Positions 22,672 to 36,309 of a stretch of 64,000 nucleotides of DNA are shown here, in pieces. The notes beneath the pieces are model-generated. The model had not been told where the DNA came from, ran no database searches, and was given only the letters and a program-made list of their open reading frames with translations. Numbering within the stretch: the first letter of the stretch is position 1; each line of letters opens with the position of its first letter. This DNA comes from Azolla caroliniana (lineage: Eukaryota; Plantae; Polypodiophyta). Where the stretch lies: NCBI GenBank assembly GCA_043228905.1, contig JBHGNT010000080.1, forward strand, positions 37,725-101,724. The letters are read 5' to 3'. Made by a program: the position numbers and the translations under genes.

Positions 22672-25600
22672 ATGGAAGTGACCAAATTACAACAGAAATT
22701 CGCGGATTTCACGAATGACATGTTTCAAGAGGTGGGCTTTCTTTCCTCTCTATTTTGTACCTCTCTCTCTGCCTTCTCGTATCTGTTGAAACTCCGTGTT
22801 CTTATCTTCTGAATTTCGAGAGCGTGAGAGAGATTCATACATCTAATATAAAACCATGTCCTTGAAATAAAACAAAGCAAAGAGAAAAAAACAAAAAAAA
22901 CAAAATAGAAATGAGAATTTTCACTAGACTCCATTCCCTTTACATGGCTCCTCTTCTCTGGATCTCTCCTGTTGATTGATGCATGAAGTCCGACATGACA
23001 TTTTTGAAAAGCATTGTAAAACGTCTCTATTTCCCCTATACATAAATTCTCTTTTTCTTCATCCTTAGTGGCGAATACATACAGCCCTATACTTGATAAC
23101 TTTTCTATTTCCAATCTTAATCATTATTTGTCGCATCAAATTCCTCAAGCCATTGATAAAGACGCACACACACACACACACCCATATCCTGGTATTTTGA
23201 GCTTCTCTCATTTTCTTGTGGAAATGGGTTACTTAAAACTCAGACGTAACTCCTCAAAACACTACCTCTATATTGGGTATCTCAATAATTCAGAAGAAGT
23301 CATGGACTGCAAAGATGCATCATCAACATATCAAGTTCTCTAAAGTAGATATCCCAATCTTTCACAAGAAATGGGAACCCTGAAAGGTGTCATGAACCAG
23401 GTCAAGTATTTGATTTTGTAGAAGACCAATGTATAAAAATGAGCAAAAAGAGAACCCTCTTTGTGAAACTTTTCTTTTAACCCCTATCGCTCCATGATAC
23501 ATCTCTAAGTGCATTTGGTTTATCCCAATTACAAGGGTTGATTTGGACATAGAGTTCCTGCTAGTAACACTGAATTTAGTTCAAATTCCTCCTGACTACT
23601 AGTTAGTGGTTGGTTAGTAAGTAGACTGGCCTGGCAATCTTGTCCATGGCATGGTTGAAACTTGGTTTAGTCTATCATAAGACCCCAAGGCACTCAAGTG
23701 TATCGACATGACACATCTTTGTCCTTAGAAGTCCGCATATGAAGTAAGTAGGTCATCACAAAAGATCTTAACCTCCTCTTGCATGTAACTTCCTCTTCCA
23801 CTGTGTGATGAGAGATTAGCTGTGAAGCATACCATCAAGTATAAAACAGTGTTCACATATGTCAGTATCATTTGCGGTCCACTTGTTATGGTTATTTCAT
23901 TGCATGTGTTGCTGGTCCTCCACCACATGGTAATATTAAAGAAGAGAATAATCACAGATGAAACAGAAATGACAGGGTTATACCTTCTCAATGCAGGGAT
24001 TTCTAGATGACCAGTTTACTCAGCTTCAAATGCTTCAAGATGAAAGCAATCCAGATTTTGTTGCTGAAGTCATCAATCTGTTTGCTGAAGATTCGGAAAG
24101 GCTCCTCTCAGAGCTTACAAAAGCACTGTACGTTTTTATTAACTTTGTGTGAGATGGCTCTATTTGTCACACGTTCTGTACTTAGCTTCTAATCCTAGCA
24201 CTTGTTGCAGTGAGCAAGAACCGATCAATTTCAAGAAGGTAGACGCATATGTGCATCAGTTCAAAGGAAGCAGTTCTAGGTTTGTACTTGTCTAACATAT
24301 ATTCAACAGAGGCAGATGCTGTCTACACACCACCTTTAGACCTCCTTTTTGTATGTTACCCAAGCATGCCCCTTAGATTTCCTCACTATAGCTCTACCTA
24401 TAGTCAATAGAGATCAGTTTGTTCCCACAATTGCTATGATTATCTAGTGAAAAAAAGTTACTAAAAATAAAGATACTTCTGTTTGATCTCTTAAGTTACT
24501 CTAGGTTGTAGAGGTATTGCAGATAAATGAGTGTCACATGCTACATGAGCACAAAATGATTTGAGATGAAAGAGAAAACTATTGATATAGAACAGGGAAG
24601 GCAATGTTGGTTTTTGTGAAGGTAGAGCCGTTCCATGTATCAAAAAGTATATAGCATAGAAGCTTAAGAATGCCACAACTACTACACTGAGATAAAGTAC
24701 GTTTTTATTATTATCAATGAGCAAGGACAGTGTTCAAAGTATTTTGATGTTGTTGAAATGTTGTACCAGAGAGAAGGATCTATGTAAAGGTCACAGAATG
24801 CACGAGGATATCCTTAAGAGGGGATTGCTGAAGAAGAGCGTTTACATAGGAACAGCCTTAGTGGATTTGTATGCTAAATGTGGTGCTCTTTCCAAAGCAC
24901 AACTCGTCTTTGATGAGCTCCCAACTCAGAATGTGGTCTCATGGACGGCCCTCATTGGAGGGTATGCTCAATATGGACATGGGGAAAAAGCTCTCTGTTG
25001 CTTTGAGAAGATGCAACAAAAGGGGTTGTCCCCTGATGCACTCACCTATGTTTGCATTCTGAAAGCTTGTAGTAGCATTAAAGATGCTCAAAAGGGAAGC
25101 GAGATTCATGCAGAAATTGTGAAACATGGGATGTTGGGAAATGACAGTGTGCTTGGCACTGCATTAGTCGATATGTATGTGAAATGTGGTGCATTTGCAA
25201 AGGCACAGCAAGTGTTTGATGTGCTTCCAATCCGAAATATAGTATCTTGGAATGTGCTGATTTCAGGATATTGCCAGCATGGCCATTGCGAAGAAGCATT
25301 GAGGTGTTTCCAGAAAATGCGATGTCACGGGGTTTCTCCCAATTCAATCACATTTGCTTGCGTCCTAAAAGCCTGTGGCAACCTTGGAGCAGTGGAGAAG
25401 GGTAAAAACATCCATCAAGAGATTCTTAGGGAAGGATATCTCGAAAATGATAGTATGCTGGGAAATGCATTGGTGGAAATGTATGCGAAATGTGGTGATC
25501 TTGCAAAGGCACAAGACGTGTTTGATAATCTCAATGTATGGGATGTAATTGGCTTTACTTCATTGATCACTGGATATGACCAACATGGATATGGTGACAA

Positions 25601-28600
25601 AGCTCTCAAATGCTTTGAACAGATGCGAAGCAAAGGCCTCTCCCCTGATGCAATGACCTTTACTTGCATCCTGAAAGCCTGTGGCAGCATGGGAGCTACT
25701 GAGATGGGCAGAGAAATCCATGCTGATATTGTCAAAGAAGGACTGCTGGTGCATGATAGTGTCCTCGGAAATGCATTAGTGAATATGTATGCCAAGTGTG
25801 GCGCGCTTGCAATGGCACAACAAGTGTTTGATGAGATATCGATGCGGGACATAGTCTCGTGGACTTCTCTAATTTCAGGCTATGGAAAGCATGGGCATGG
25901 TGAGGAGACATTAAACTGTTTCCAAAGAATGCAACTTGAGGGTCTCTATCCGAATACGGTGACCTTTGCGTGCTTATTGCAAACTTGTGGAAGCTTAGGT
26001 GCAATGGAGAAAGGTAAAGAAATACATGCTGAGCTTGTGAAGGAGGGACTCCTGGGAAAAGACACTATGCTTGGCAATGCATTGGTGGACATGTACTCCA
26101 AATGTGGAGCAATTGTGAAAGCTGAAGAAGTATTTCACAAGCTTCCTATTCGGGGTGTTGTTGCCTGGACTGCATTAATTGCTGGATATTCCCAAATGGG
26201 AAGATATGATGCTGTTTTCAACTCCTTAAACAAAATGATAGGAGAAGGTATTGAGCCAAACATGATTACATTCCTTGTTGTCCTTAGTGCATGCAGTTCA
26301 TCTGGTTTAGTGGATGAAGGCCAAATGTACTTTGAGGCCATGACGTCAGGCTACTGCATTGCTCCTACTATACAGCATTATACATGTATGATAGATCTTT
26401 TTGGGCGAGGGGGACATTTTGACAAGGCGGTGTCAATGGTTGGGAGGATGCCCTCCCTTGATTATCTTCCTGCATGGTTAGCTTTATTGGGTGCCTGTCA
26501 AAAGTGGGGAAATTTGATGCTGGGAAGATTGGCCTTTGAACATTCCATAAGATTGGATGAAAAGTGTGCTGTGGCTTATGACTTAATGAGTATGCTTTAT
26601 TTAGCTGCTGGTATGCAAGACAATATGGCAATTGTCGAATCTATGAGGATGGAAAATAAAGCTTGGTAGACTGATTTTGTTCAAATCCTGTTAGGAATTG
26701 AGGTTCAAAAACTTCACCTCTCGGTCACAACCGAGGACACACGAGTCAATGCAGCAGTAAATCGGAAAACACAGAGAGAGACTCGAATGCACAGGGTTTA
26801 GCGTGGAAAACCCTAGACGGGAAAAACCACGGGAGCGCAAGGCTCCAACTATCACTATACGCAAGGAATGTACAATGGCGAGCTGCAAGGCGACGACCTT
26901 GAGCTCGCTGTCCTCGCCACAGGCGGCGGTATTACACAGAGGCGTCGACCTCTTCCTTTCTAGCAAATGCTCACGAAAAGCCTTACATGAAATGCACTTA
27001 ATGTCACTGCAACATTATTGAAATGATTTTGAACAAAAACTTTTTGAGCAATATTCCTCAATCATTGACCATAATCATGATCCATATAAGATCAATGCCA
27101 TGTCTAAGGCTATTTCCTATACCTTGCTTTGAGGGCTAAAATGTTGATTGGAAATCCTAAATTTTTTAGTTTGAAATATTTATAGAGGCAATAAACCAAC
27201 AATATGATGAATTTTTTTACTAAATCTCAAAACATTTGTGGTGGTTTTTCATTTAGTTTCTTATTATTTCATACATGGAATGGAAACTCAACCTATTTGG
27301 TAAAGCAAAATTTCTGACCACATTTGCTAACCAGTGTGAAAGTGACCCAATAGCAAAAACTAATAAAAAATGCACTTAATGTCCAACCCATGTTTGGCAT
27401 GGATTGACAATGTCCTATTGTTTCGTACTCGAAAAGGAAGGAAACCTCCCCCAGAAGTTAAAACCGTTCAATTTTGGTTGATGTCCCAAATGCCTTTAGT
27501 TCATCCCATGTCAAGCAATTATATGTTCATGCCATCCCCATTGCTTATTAAATTTGATGCACAAATTTAAGGAATTATATGCTCAATCATTTCATGCTCA
27601 TTATTTTCTCTCTTGGAGGGGGTTGCTCAAATAGGATACTTTGGGGGACCAATAAAAACGTGTTTGGCTCTTACAGGGGCATTTGGGAAAACTAACATTT
27701 GCAACAATATACAACCACTAATAGATAGGAGAGGGACTTCTTCCTCCTCCTCTCCTTCGCCTACCTCGCTCGCCTTCGTCTCTCAGCCTTTTTTGAATGC
27801 ATGCATAAGTATGTGTTAGGGATTGACGCTTTCCAATACCTTCACCTCTCGGCCACAACCGAGGAAACACGAATCAATACAACAGAAAATCGAAAACACA
27901 GAGAGAGACTCGAATGCACTGGATTTAGCGTGGAAAACCCTAGACGGGAAAAACCACGGGAGTGCAAGACTCCAACTATCACTATACGCAGGGAATGTAC
28001 AATGGTGAGCTGCAAGGCGACGACCTTGAGCTCGCTGTCCTCGCCACAGGCGGCGGTATTACACAGAGGCGTCGACCTCTTCCTTTCTCTCGCTCTCTCT
28101 CACTCTCTCTAAGTGGAAAACAGAAAAATGAGCAACAAAACTACAAAACTGTTTGCCCTAAGTCATATTTATACACATATGACTTTCAGGCTATTTACAA
28201 ATATAGCCTCAAGGGCCCTTGGCAAACATATTCACAAATATGTCCCCGCATCCGGATCTCTCTCCGGGTACATTCGTCATCCGGCTCCGTAGCCGGGGTC
28301 TTCATCATCCGGATCCGGAACCGGGTCTTCATCATCCGGCTCCGATACCGGGTACTCCTCATTCGGGTCTTCATTCCCGACTCCCGGACATCCGACCATC
28401 CCATCCGGAGGGACCGTAATCCCAACAGTATGTCCGTATGTATGCATGTACGTATAGACGTACTATGTACGTACACACGTATCTATGTATCTGTATGTAC
28501 ATATGTAATAATGTATGTATGTATTCACAGATCGATAATTAATAATGAGGCAAGTAAACTCCGAGTCTTTAGCACAATAGAGTCTTTTGTGGAGTCATGT

Positions 28601-31600
28601 GGTTTCCCTGGTAATAATGGAGGTAGTCGTCGAGGTTGAGGAATCTCTCGTGGGTCGGAGATATGGCCATCACCATCTCTAGATTGGGGAAAGCAAAGCT
28701 TTGACAGACCTTCATGGTTCTCTCATTATGGTAATCATTGATAGGTTTCGAATATTGAATTAATAATATTGTATTACATGCTTCCGAGACTAGGTTATGT
28801 TCTCGAGGTATTGAACGAATTTGTCAAAACAAGGCTTTTCATTAACTTGCAAAAAAAAAGGTGCTTGTTTAAGGCTTCTCGAGCATGACACATGCTAAAC
28901 TTGCACTAAGCAGAACTTGAACGCCTCTTCATCCAATTCATATGCAATGTTTTTTTCTTATTTGCGCACATGGCCATCCATCACTTCCATTCTTTTTTAA
29001 CGCTGCTCACTTTGCAAATAAGAATAATGTTTAATTGGTTGGTCTCGAGGCAAATTTCTAAGTTGCAAAGAGTGAAAAGTTATGGTAGAAGTGAGAAAGG
29101 GCATGTAAATGCTTAATTTGGATGTTGAAATCCTATTGCTTGCAGTAACATCAAAAGGAGAGGTATCATAAAAAAGCACAAAAGAACGTTGTTTAAAGGA
29201 GAGGAGGTATCATAAAAAAGCACAAAACAACGTTGTTTACAGACACAGACACAGACAGACGTCGGCTGGCTGCTGTGTGATATCGGCTCCTCTTCTTCTT
29301 CTTCTTCTTCAACATGCCTTGGGCCTCTGATGCCAGAGCGTTGGCTTCCTTCTTCGGTGCCCCATCTCCGCATTCTTCCAGCAGCAGCTGGACTCCTCCA
29401 TGTTCTCCAACGCCGCTACCTCTTCCTTCTCCTCCCCAACGCATCCACATACAACCACACAGAAGAAGTGCCTTCTCCCTAACCACCGCCGCCTCCTCAT
29501 CACCATTCAAAGCACACATGCTCACCTCCCTCAAGGTCAATATATATATATTCTAAATATTGTGATATGCATATCCACATGCATATGCATATCCACATGC
29601 ATATGTATTTGTATATTCAATGGAAACTTAATGTGGATGTTTTATATTCATTTTTGAACTTCTCTCACAGACTGTTAGTTCGACTATGGAGAGCTTCCTC
29701 AACAATACTGCAAAGTGTTTTATATTCATTTATGAACTTCTCTCACAGACTGTTAGTTCAACTATGGAGAGCTTCCTCAACAATACTGCAAAAGAAGAGC
29801 GCTCCGAATTGATGGCAATCTCGCCTCTGGATGGGCGCTATGCTCGGCAGGTGAAGAAGCTAAGCGCCTATCTGAGTGAGTACGGTTTGATGTCATGTTC
29901 TCACCTTCCTTGCTGCATTTCTCATTTTGAATTTAGAAAGCCAACTCGAAAAATGCCATTGTGGCAAGATTTAAATTCCAATAAATGCTTGGCTATCGTA
30001 TCCAATGGAATGGTATTAAACCTGAAACTTACTGATGTGGAAAGGTCTGGTTGGTTTTGATACTGTGTTCTTTTATACAATATCCATCTGAATCAATGGT
30101 AGAAATTGCACAACCGAAGCCTATGATGAATTTGGATACAATTACTGCTTTTTATTTCTTATATGAACGGTTTAGGTTTAACTACAGTAATAGGTTTGTG
30201 TATGATACATTGCATCGTAAGAAACCGTTCATATAAGAAATAAAAAGCAGCAACTGTATCCAAATTCATCATAGGCTTTGGTTGTGCAATTTCTACCATT
30301 GATTCAGATGGATATTGTATGAAAGAACACAGTATCAAAACCAACCAGAACTTTCCACATCAGTAAGTTTCGGGTTTAATACTATTCCATTAAGATACGA
30401 TAACCAAGCATTTATTGGAATTTAAATCTTGCCACAATGGCATTTTTCGAGTTGGCTTTCTAAATTCAAAATGAGAAAAGCAACAGGGAAGGAAAGAACA
30501 TGACATCATTCAGGAACACAAGCTCAAATGCAATGAACAAGATGATATAAATCCACGGGGGATCATAGAACTCTTCATATAAGAAATATAAACAGGCAAC
30601 AAAAAACACATCTTTTACTAGTTGAAACAATGCTCGCACATACCAAAGCACTTAACGGTTTCTTACGATGCAATAGATCATACACAAACTTATTACTGTA
30701 GTTAAACCTAAACCGTTCATATAAGAAATAAAAAGCAGTAACTGTATCCAAATTCATCATAGGCTTTGGTTATGCAATTTCTACCATTGATTCATATGGA
30801 TATTGTATGAAAGAACAGAGTATCAAAACCAACCAGACCTTTCCACATCAGTAAGTTTTCGCTTTCATACTATTCCATTAAGATACGATAACCAAGCATT
30901 TATTGGAATTTAAATCTTGCCACAATGGCATTTTTCGAGTTGGCTTTCTAAATTCAAAATGAGAAATGCAGCAAGGAAGGAGAGAACATGACATCATTCA
31001 GGAACACAAGCTCAAATGTAGTGAACAAGATGATATAAATCCACGGGGGATCATAGAACTCTTCATATAAGAAATAAAAACATGCAACAAAAAACACATC
31101 TTTTACTAGTTGAAACAATGCTCGCACATACCAAAGTACTTAACGGTTTCTTACGATGCAATGTATCATACACAAACTTATTACTGTAGTTAAACCTAAA
31201 CCGTTCATATAAGAAATAAAAAGCAATAACTGTATCCAAATTCATCATAGGCTTTGGTTGTGCAATTTCTACCATTGATTCAGATGGATATTGTATGAAA
31301 GAACACAGTATCAAAACCAACCAGACCTTTCCACATCCGTAAGTTTCGGGTTTAATACTATTCCATTAAGATACGATAACCAAGCATTTATTGGAATTTA
31401 AATCTTGCCACAATGGCATTTTTCGAGTTGGCTTTCTAAATTTAAAATGAGAAAAGCAGCAAGGAAGGAGAGAACATGACATCATTCAGGAACACAAGCT
31501 CAAATGCAATGAACAAGATGATATAAATCCACGGGGGATCATAGAACTCTTGATATAAGAAATAAAAACAGGCAACAAAAAACAAATCTTTTACTAGTTG

Positions 31601-32503
31601 AAACAATGCTCGCACATACCCAAACACTTAACGGTTTCTTACGATGCAATGTATCATACTCAAATCTATTACTGTAGTTAAACCTAAACCGTTCATATAA
31701 GAAATAAAAAGAAGTAACTGTATCCAAATTCATCATAGGCTTTGGTTGTGCAATTTCTACCATTGATTCAGATGGATATTGTATGAAAGAACACAGTATC
31801 AAAACCAACTCGAAAAATGCCATTGTGGCAATATTTAAATTCCAATAAATGCTTGGTTATCGTATCTTAATGGAATAGTATTAAAGCGGAAACTTACTGA
31901 TGTGGAAACGGGGCATTTTTTGCACGGTGTATAATATCAGGAAGTTGTTTTTGCTGCATTTTGCAGTGTAGGTGCTCTGCGAATTAAAGCTGTGTGCTTG
32001 GATTTTCGAGCCTATGCAGACGCAAGCAACAAAGAAGCGTAGATACACCAACACTCATTTATGTATAATTAGCTGCAATCTTTTCGAATTCTATAGTTAT
32101 CATTTCTTTTTGTGCTCGAATGTGTCTACAGGTGTTTGCAGGCTCTACAGCAGATCAAACAAGAGTTTTATGCTGTTAGAGAGAAGCTCGATACTTTGAT
32201 GCAGGTGAAGATATCTCCATGCACACTCCACTACTTTTTGGGGGGATTATTTTTGTATTTGTAACTACACTTATGATTTGTGTGTGCTCTTTACGATTTA
32301 AAAGGCCTAATTAATAATACCATTGTTGGAATTAACCCCATTAATCGATTTATTAATTAGTCCCATTGCGACAATCTAGAAACTTCCCATCTCTTTTCTA
32401 CGTATTCCCTTCATCTGGAATTAATTCTGGTTTTCGATCTTCTTTTTCATAGCTTGAAAAGCAAATTATTGCTGCTGGGGGAGTTGTTCCGATGATAGAG
32501 TGA
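22672..32503 (+). CDS. AHP: Histidine-containing phosphotransfer protein (AHP/HPt), 6 exons: 22672-22731, 23997-24127, 24211-24279, 31967-32038, 32132-32204, 32453-32503
   Basis: GT-AG introns with matching phases give 151 aa: [151 protein letters not shown]. The phospho-His motif HQxKGSS is present. Splicing across the 7.7-kb intron 3 is inferred. Confidence 0.88.
24717..26669 (+). CDS. PLS-class PPR protein with E domain, copy 1 (nested in AHP intron 3)
   Basis: Repeating P-L-S triplets (GxALVxMYAKCG / VVSWxALIxGY / PxxxTFxCxLKAC), [13 protein letters not shown] and WLALLGAC E-domain motifs; no DYW; intronless. Confidence 0.93.
   Translation: MSKDSVQSILMLLKCCTREKDLCKGHRMHEDILKRGLLKKSVYIGTALVDLYAKCGALSKAQLVFDELPTQNVVSWTALIGGYAQYGHGEKALCCFEKMQQKGLSPDALTYVCILKACSSIKDAQKGSEIHAEIVKHGMLGNDSVLGTALVDMYVKCGAFAKAQQVFDVLPIRNIVSWNVLISGYCQHGHCEEALRCFQKMRCHGVSPNSITFACVLKACGNLGAVEKGKNIHQEILREGYLENDSMLGNALVEMYAKCGDLAKAQDVFDNLNVWDVIGFTSLITGYDQHGYGDKALKCFEQMRSKGLSPDAMTFTCILKACGSMGATEMGREIHADIVKEGLLVHDSVLGNALVNMYAKCGALAMAQQVFDEISMRDIVSWTSLISGYGKHGHGEETLNCFQRMQLEGLYPNTVTFACLLQTCGSLGAMEKGKEIHAELVKEGLLGKDTMLGNALVDMYSKCGAIVKAEEVFHKLPIRGVVAWTALIAGYSQMGRYDAVFNSLNKMIGEGIEPNMITFLVVLSACSSSGLVDEGQMYFEAMTSGYCIAPTIQHYTCMIDLFGRGGHFDKAVSMVGRMPSLDYLPAWLALLGACQKWGNLMLGRLAFEHSIRLDEKCAVAYDLMSMLYLAAGMQDNMAIVESMRMENKAW
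26689..26961 (-). repeat. Partial Copia LTR co-duplicated with PPR copy 1
   Basis: Matches 40648-40920 and breaks at 26961. Confidence 0.88.
27814..28427 (-). mobile_element. Copia solo LTR with 5-bp TSD GTATG
   Basis: TGTT...AACA termini with GTATG on both sides; reverse complement of 56634-57302 minus 55 bp of internal tandem repeat. Confidence 0.9.
29314..29890 (+). pseudogene. purB: 5' fragment of plastid-type adenylosuccinate lyase (exon 1 29314-29535; exon 2 from 29671/29749, truncated)
   Basis: Ser/Pro-rich transit-peptide-like exon with a GT donor; [28 protein letters not shown] matches the PurB N-terminal SPLDGRY motif; fused to the satellite at about 29890. Confidence 0.85.
29891..31910. 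repeat. ~488-bp tandem repeat block 1, with fold-back inversions at about 30225 and 31808
   Basis: Recurring unit (ORF-track periodicity 488); orientation flips at short inverted microhomologies. Confidence 0.9.
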
Positions 32504-33276
32504 AGCCGATGGATTGGAGGCGTGTTGTGTGGATTAGAGAATGCTGCTTCTTTCTGTTGCATGAACCTGGAGATTTGGAATGAGAAGTTGCTTAGCATCT
32601 CAACTGAAGTTATGTGCTCTGTCGGAGGCCTGGACATACTACTCATTTTACGTACTATTGGCTCCATTCTCCGAGATTTAATATCTTTTAGGTTGTTAAT
32701 ACTTGTAGTGTTTACTATATAGTCAGTAGTGGCCGATGTTTTCACATGTGATTATAAGTTGAGTGATTCAAACTTTGATCTTTGATGTGGCAAGGCCTTT
32801 GTTTGCTTTAGAGCTTATGTATTCATGATAAATAATGTCATTTAATTCAATTGTCGTTGGAGATTGATCTTCTATTTTAGTTGTGGCCTATGATGGTGTA
32901 TGTATTGAGAACAAGGTAGCAAACAGAGCACAAAAATCTACCACATCTCTAAACCCTAAACACTAAACTCTTTGGTTGACACTCTTATGGTGACCCACAT
33001 CTTACAAACAGGAATAATGCTACTCACTTCCAAGTAGACAGGTAATGCAAGGATTTCGTTAAACCGATTGCAACGTATGATATGGTGTGTATTAATTATA
33101 ACATATAATAAGCAAGGAGGGCTAGTAACAAACACACCGAGTCCGCTAAAACCAAACTAAAAGAAGAAGACACGGAGGTGAAAATGGTAAAGATGGCATA
33201 GAGAACACGCATGTATGTATGTATGTATGCCGTTAGATAGAATAGAATAGATAGCTGTTTAACATTTTTTTTCCAC

Positions 33277-36253
33277 ATCAGTAAGTTTCGGGTTTGGAAT
33301 TTAAATCTTGCCACAATGGCATTTTTCGAGTTGGCTTTCTAAATTCAAAATGAGAAATGCAGCAAGGAAGGAGAGAACATGAAATCATTCAGGAACACAA
33401 GGTCAAATGCAATGAACAAGATGATATAAATCCACGGGGGATCATAGAACTCTTCATATAAGAAATAAAAACAGGCAACAAAGAACACACCTTTTACTAG
33501 TTGAAACAATGCTCGCACATACCCAACCACTTAACGGTTTGTTACGATGCAATGTATCATACTCAAATCTATTACTGTAGTTAAACCTAAACCGTTCATA
33601 TAAGAAATAAAAAGCAGTAACTGTATCCAAATTCATCATAGGCTTTGGTTGTGCAATTTTTACCATTGATTCAGATGGATATTGTATGAAAGAACACAGT
33701 ATCAAAACCAACCAGACCTTTCCACATCAGTAAGTTTCGGGTTTAATACTATTCCATTAAGATACGATAGCCAAGCATTTATTGGAATTTAAATCTTGCC
33801 ACAATGGCATTTTTCGAGTTGGCTTTCTAAATTCAAAATGAGAAAAACAGCAAGGAAGGAGAGAACATGACATCATTCAGGAACACAAGCTCAAATGCAA
33901 TGAACAAGATGATATAAATCCACGGGGGATCATAGAACTTTTCATATAAGAAATAAAAACATGCAACAAAAAACACTTCTTTTACTAGTTGAAACAATGC
34001 TCGCACATACCCAACCACTTAACCGTTTATTACGATACAATGTATCATACTCAAAGCTATTACTGTAGTTAAACCTAAACCGTTCATATAAGAAATAAAA
34101 CGCAGCAACTGTATCCAAATTCATCATAGGCTTTGGTTGTGCAATTTCTACCATTGATTCAGATGGATATTGTATGAAAGAACACAGTATCAAAACCAAC
34201 CAGACCTTTCCACATCAGTAAGTTTCGGGTTTAATACTATTCCATTAAGATACGATAACCAAGCATTTATTGGAATTTTAATCTTGCCACAATGGCATTT
34301 TTCGAGTTGGCTTTCTAAATTCAAAATGAGAAAAGCAGCAGGGAAGGAGAGAACATGACATCATTCAGGAACACAAGCTCAAATGCAATGAACAAGATGA
34401 TATAAATCCACGGGGGATCATAGAACTCTTCATATAAGAAATATAAACAGGCAACAAAAAACACATCTTTTACTAGTTGAAACAATGCTCGCACATACCA
34501 AAGTACTTAACGGTTTCTTACGATGCAATGTATCATACACAAACTTATTACTGTAGTTAAACCTAAACCCTTCATATAAGAAATAAAAAGCAGCAACTGT
34601 ATCCAAATTTATCATAGGCTTTGGTTATGCAATTTCTACCATTGATTCATATGGATATTGTATGAAAGAACAGAGTATCAAAACCAACCAGACCTTTCCA
34701 CATCAGTAAGTTTTCACTTTCATACTATTCCATTAAGATACGATAACCAAGCATTTATTGGAATTTAAATCTTGCCACAATGGCATTTTTCGAGTTGGCT
34801 TTCTAAATTCAAAATGAGAAATGCAGCAAGGAAGGAGAGATCATGACATCATTCAGGTACACAAGCTCAAATGCAATGAACAAGATGATATAAATCCACG
34901 GGAGATCATAGAACTCTTCATATAAGAAATAAAAACATGCAACAAAAAACACATCTTTTACTAGTTGAAACAATGCTCGCACATACCCAAACACTTAACG
35001 GTTTCTTACGATGCAATGTATCATACACAAACCTATTACTATAGTTAAACCTAAACCGTTCATATAAGAAATAAAAAGCAGTAACTGTATCCAAATTCAT
35101 CATAGGCTTTGGTTGTGCAATTTCTACCATTGATTCAGATCGATATTATATAAAAGAACAGAGTATCAAAACCAACCAGACGTTTCCACATCAGTAAGTT
35201 TCGGGTTTAATACTATTCCATTAAGATACGATAACCAAGCAATTATTGGAATTTAAATCTTGCCACAATGGCATTTTTCGAGTTGGCTTTCTAAATTCAA
35301 AATGAGAAAAGCAGCTAGGAAGGAGAGAACATGACATCATTCAGGAACACAAGCTCAAATGCAATGAACAAGATGATATAAATCCACGAGGGATCATAGA
35401 ACTCTTCATATAAGAAATAAAAACATGCAACAAAAAACACATCTTTTACTAGTTGAAACAATGCTCGCACATACCCAAACACTTAACGGTTTCTTACGAT
35501 GCAATGTATCATACTCAAATCTATTACTGTAGTTAAACCTAAACCGTTCATATAAGAAATAAAAAGCAGCAACTGTATCCAAATTCATCATAGGCTTTGG
35601 TTGTGCAATTTCTACCATTGATTCAGATAGATATTGTATGAAAGAACAGAGTATCAAAACCAACCAGACCTTTCCACATCAGTAAGTTTTTGCTTTTATA
35701 CTATTCCATTAAGATACGATAACCAAGCATTTATTGGAATTTAAATCTTGCCACAATGGCATTTTTCGAGTTGGCTTTCTAAATTTAAAATGAGAAAAGC
35801 AGCAAGGAAGGAGAGAACATGACATCATTCAAGAACACAAGCTCAAATGCAATGAACAAGATGATATAAATCCACGGGGGATCATAGAACTCTTCATATA
35901 AGAAATAAAAACATGCAACAAAAAACAAATCTTTTACTAGTTGAAACAATGCTCGCACATACCCAAACACTTAACGGTTTCTTACGATGCAATGTATCAT
36001 ACTCAAATCTATTACTGTAGTTAAACCTAAACCGTTCATATAAGAAATAAAAAGAAGTAACTGTATCCAAATTCATCATAGGCTTTGGTTGTGCAATTTC
36101 TACCATTGATTCAGATGGATATTGTATGAAAGAACAGAGTATCAAAACCAACTCGAAAAATGCCATTGTGGCAATATTTAAATTCCAATAAATGCTTGGT
36201 TATCGTATCTTAATGGAATAGTATTAAAGCGGAAACTTACTGATGTGGAAACG
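33277..36253 (-). repeat. ~488-bp tandem repeat block 2 (about 6 units)
   Basis: Period 488 (33454, 33942, 34430, 34918, 35406, 35894). Confidence 0.92.
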
Positions 36254-36309
36254 GGGCATTTTTTGCACGGTGTATAATATCAGGAAGTTGTTTTTGCTGC
36301 ATTTTGCAG

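Noticed and set aside
27962-28639. 225-aa ORF
   Set aside because: It lies across a solo LTR and its tandem repeats, and the frame is not preserved in the other LTR copies.
31972-32745. ORF-track proteins MLCELK..., MKTSAT... and MLCGLE...
   Set aside because: Off-frame or antisense readings of AHP exons 4-6 and the 3' UTR.
32948-32972. Telomere-like CTAAACCCTAAACACTAAAC
   Set aside because: Only one perfect unit; at most a telo-box, not a telomeric array or healing site.
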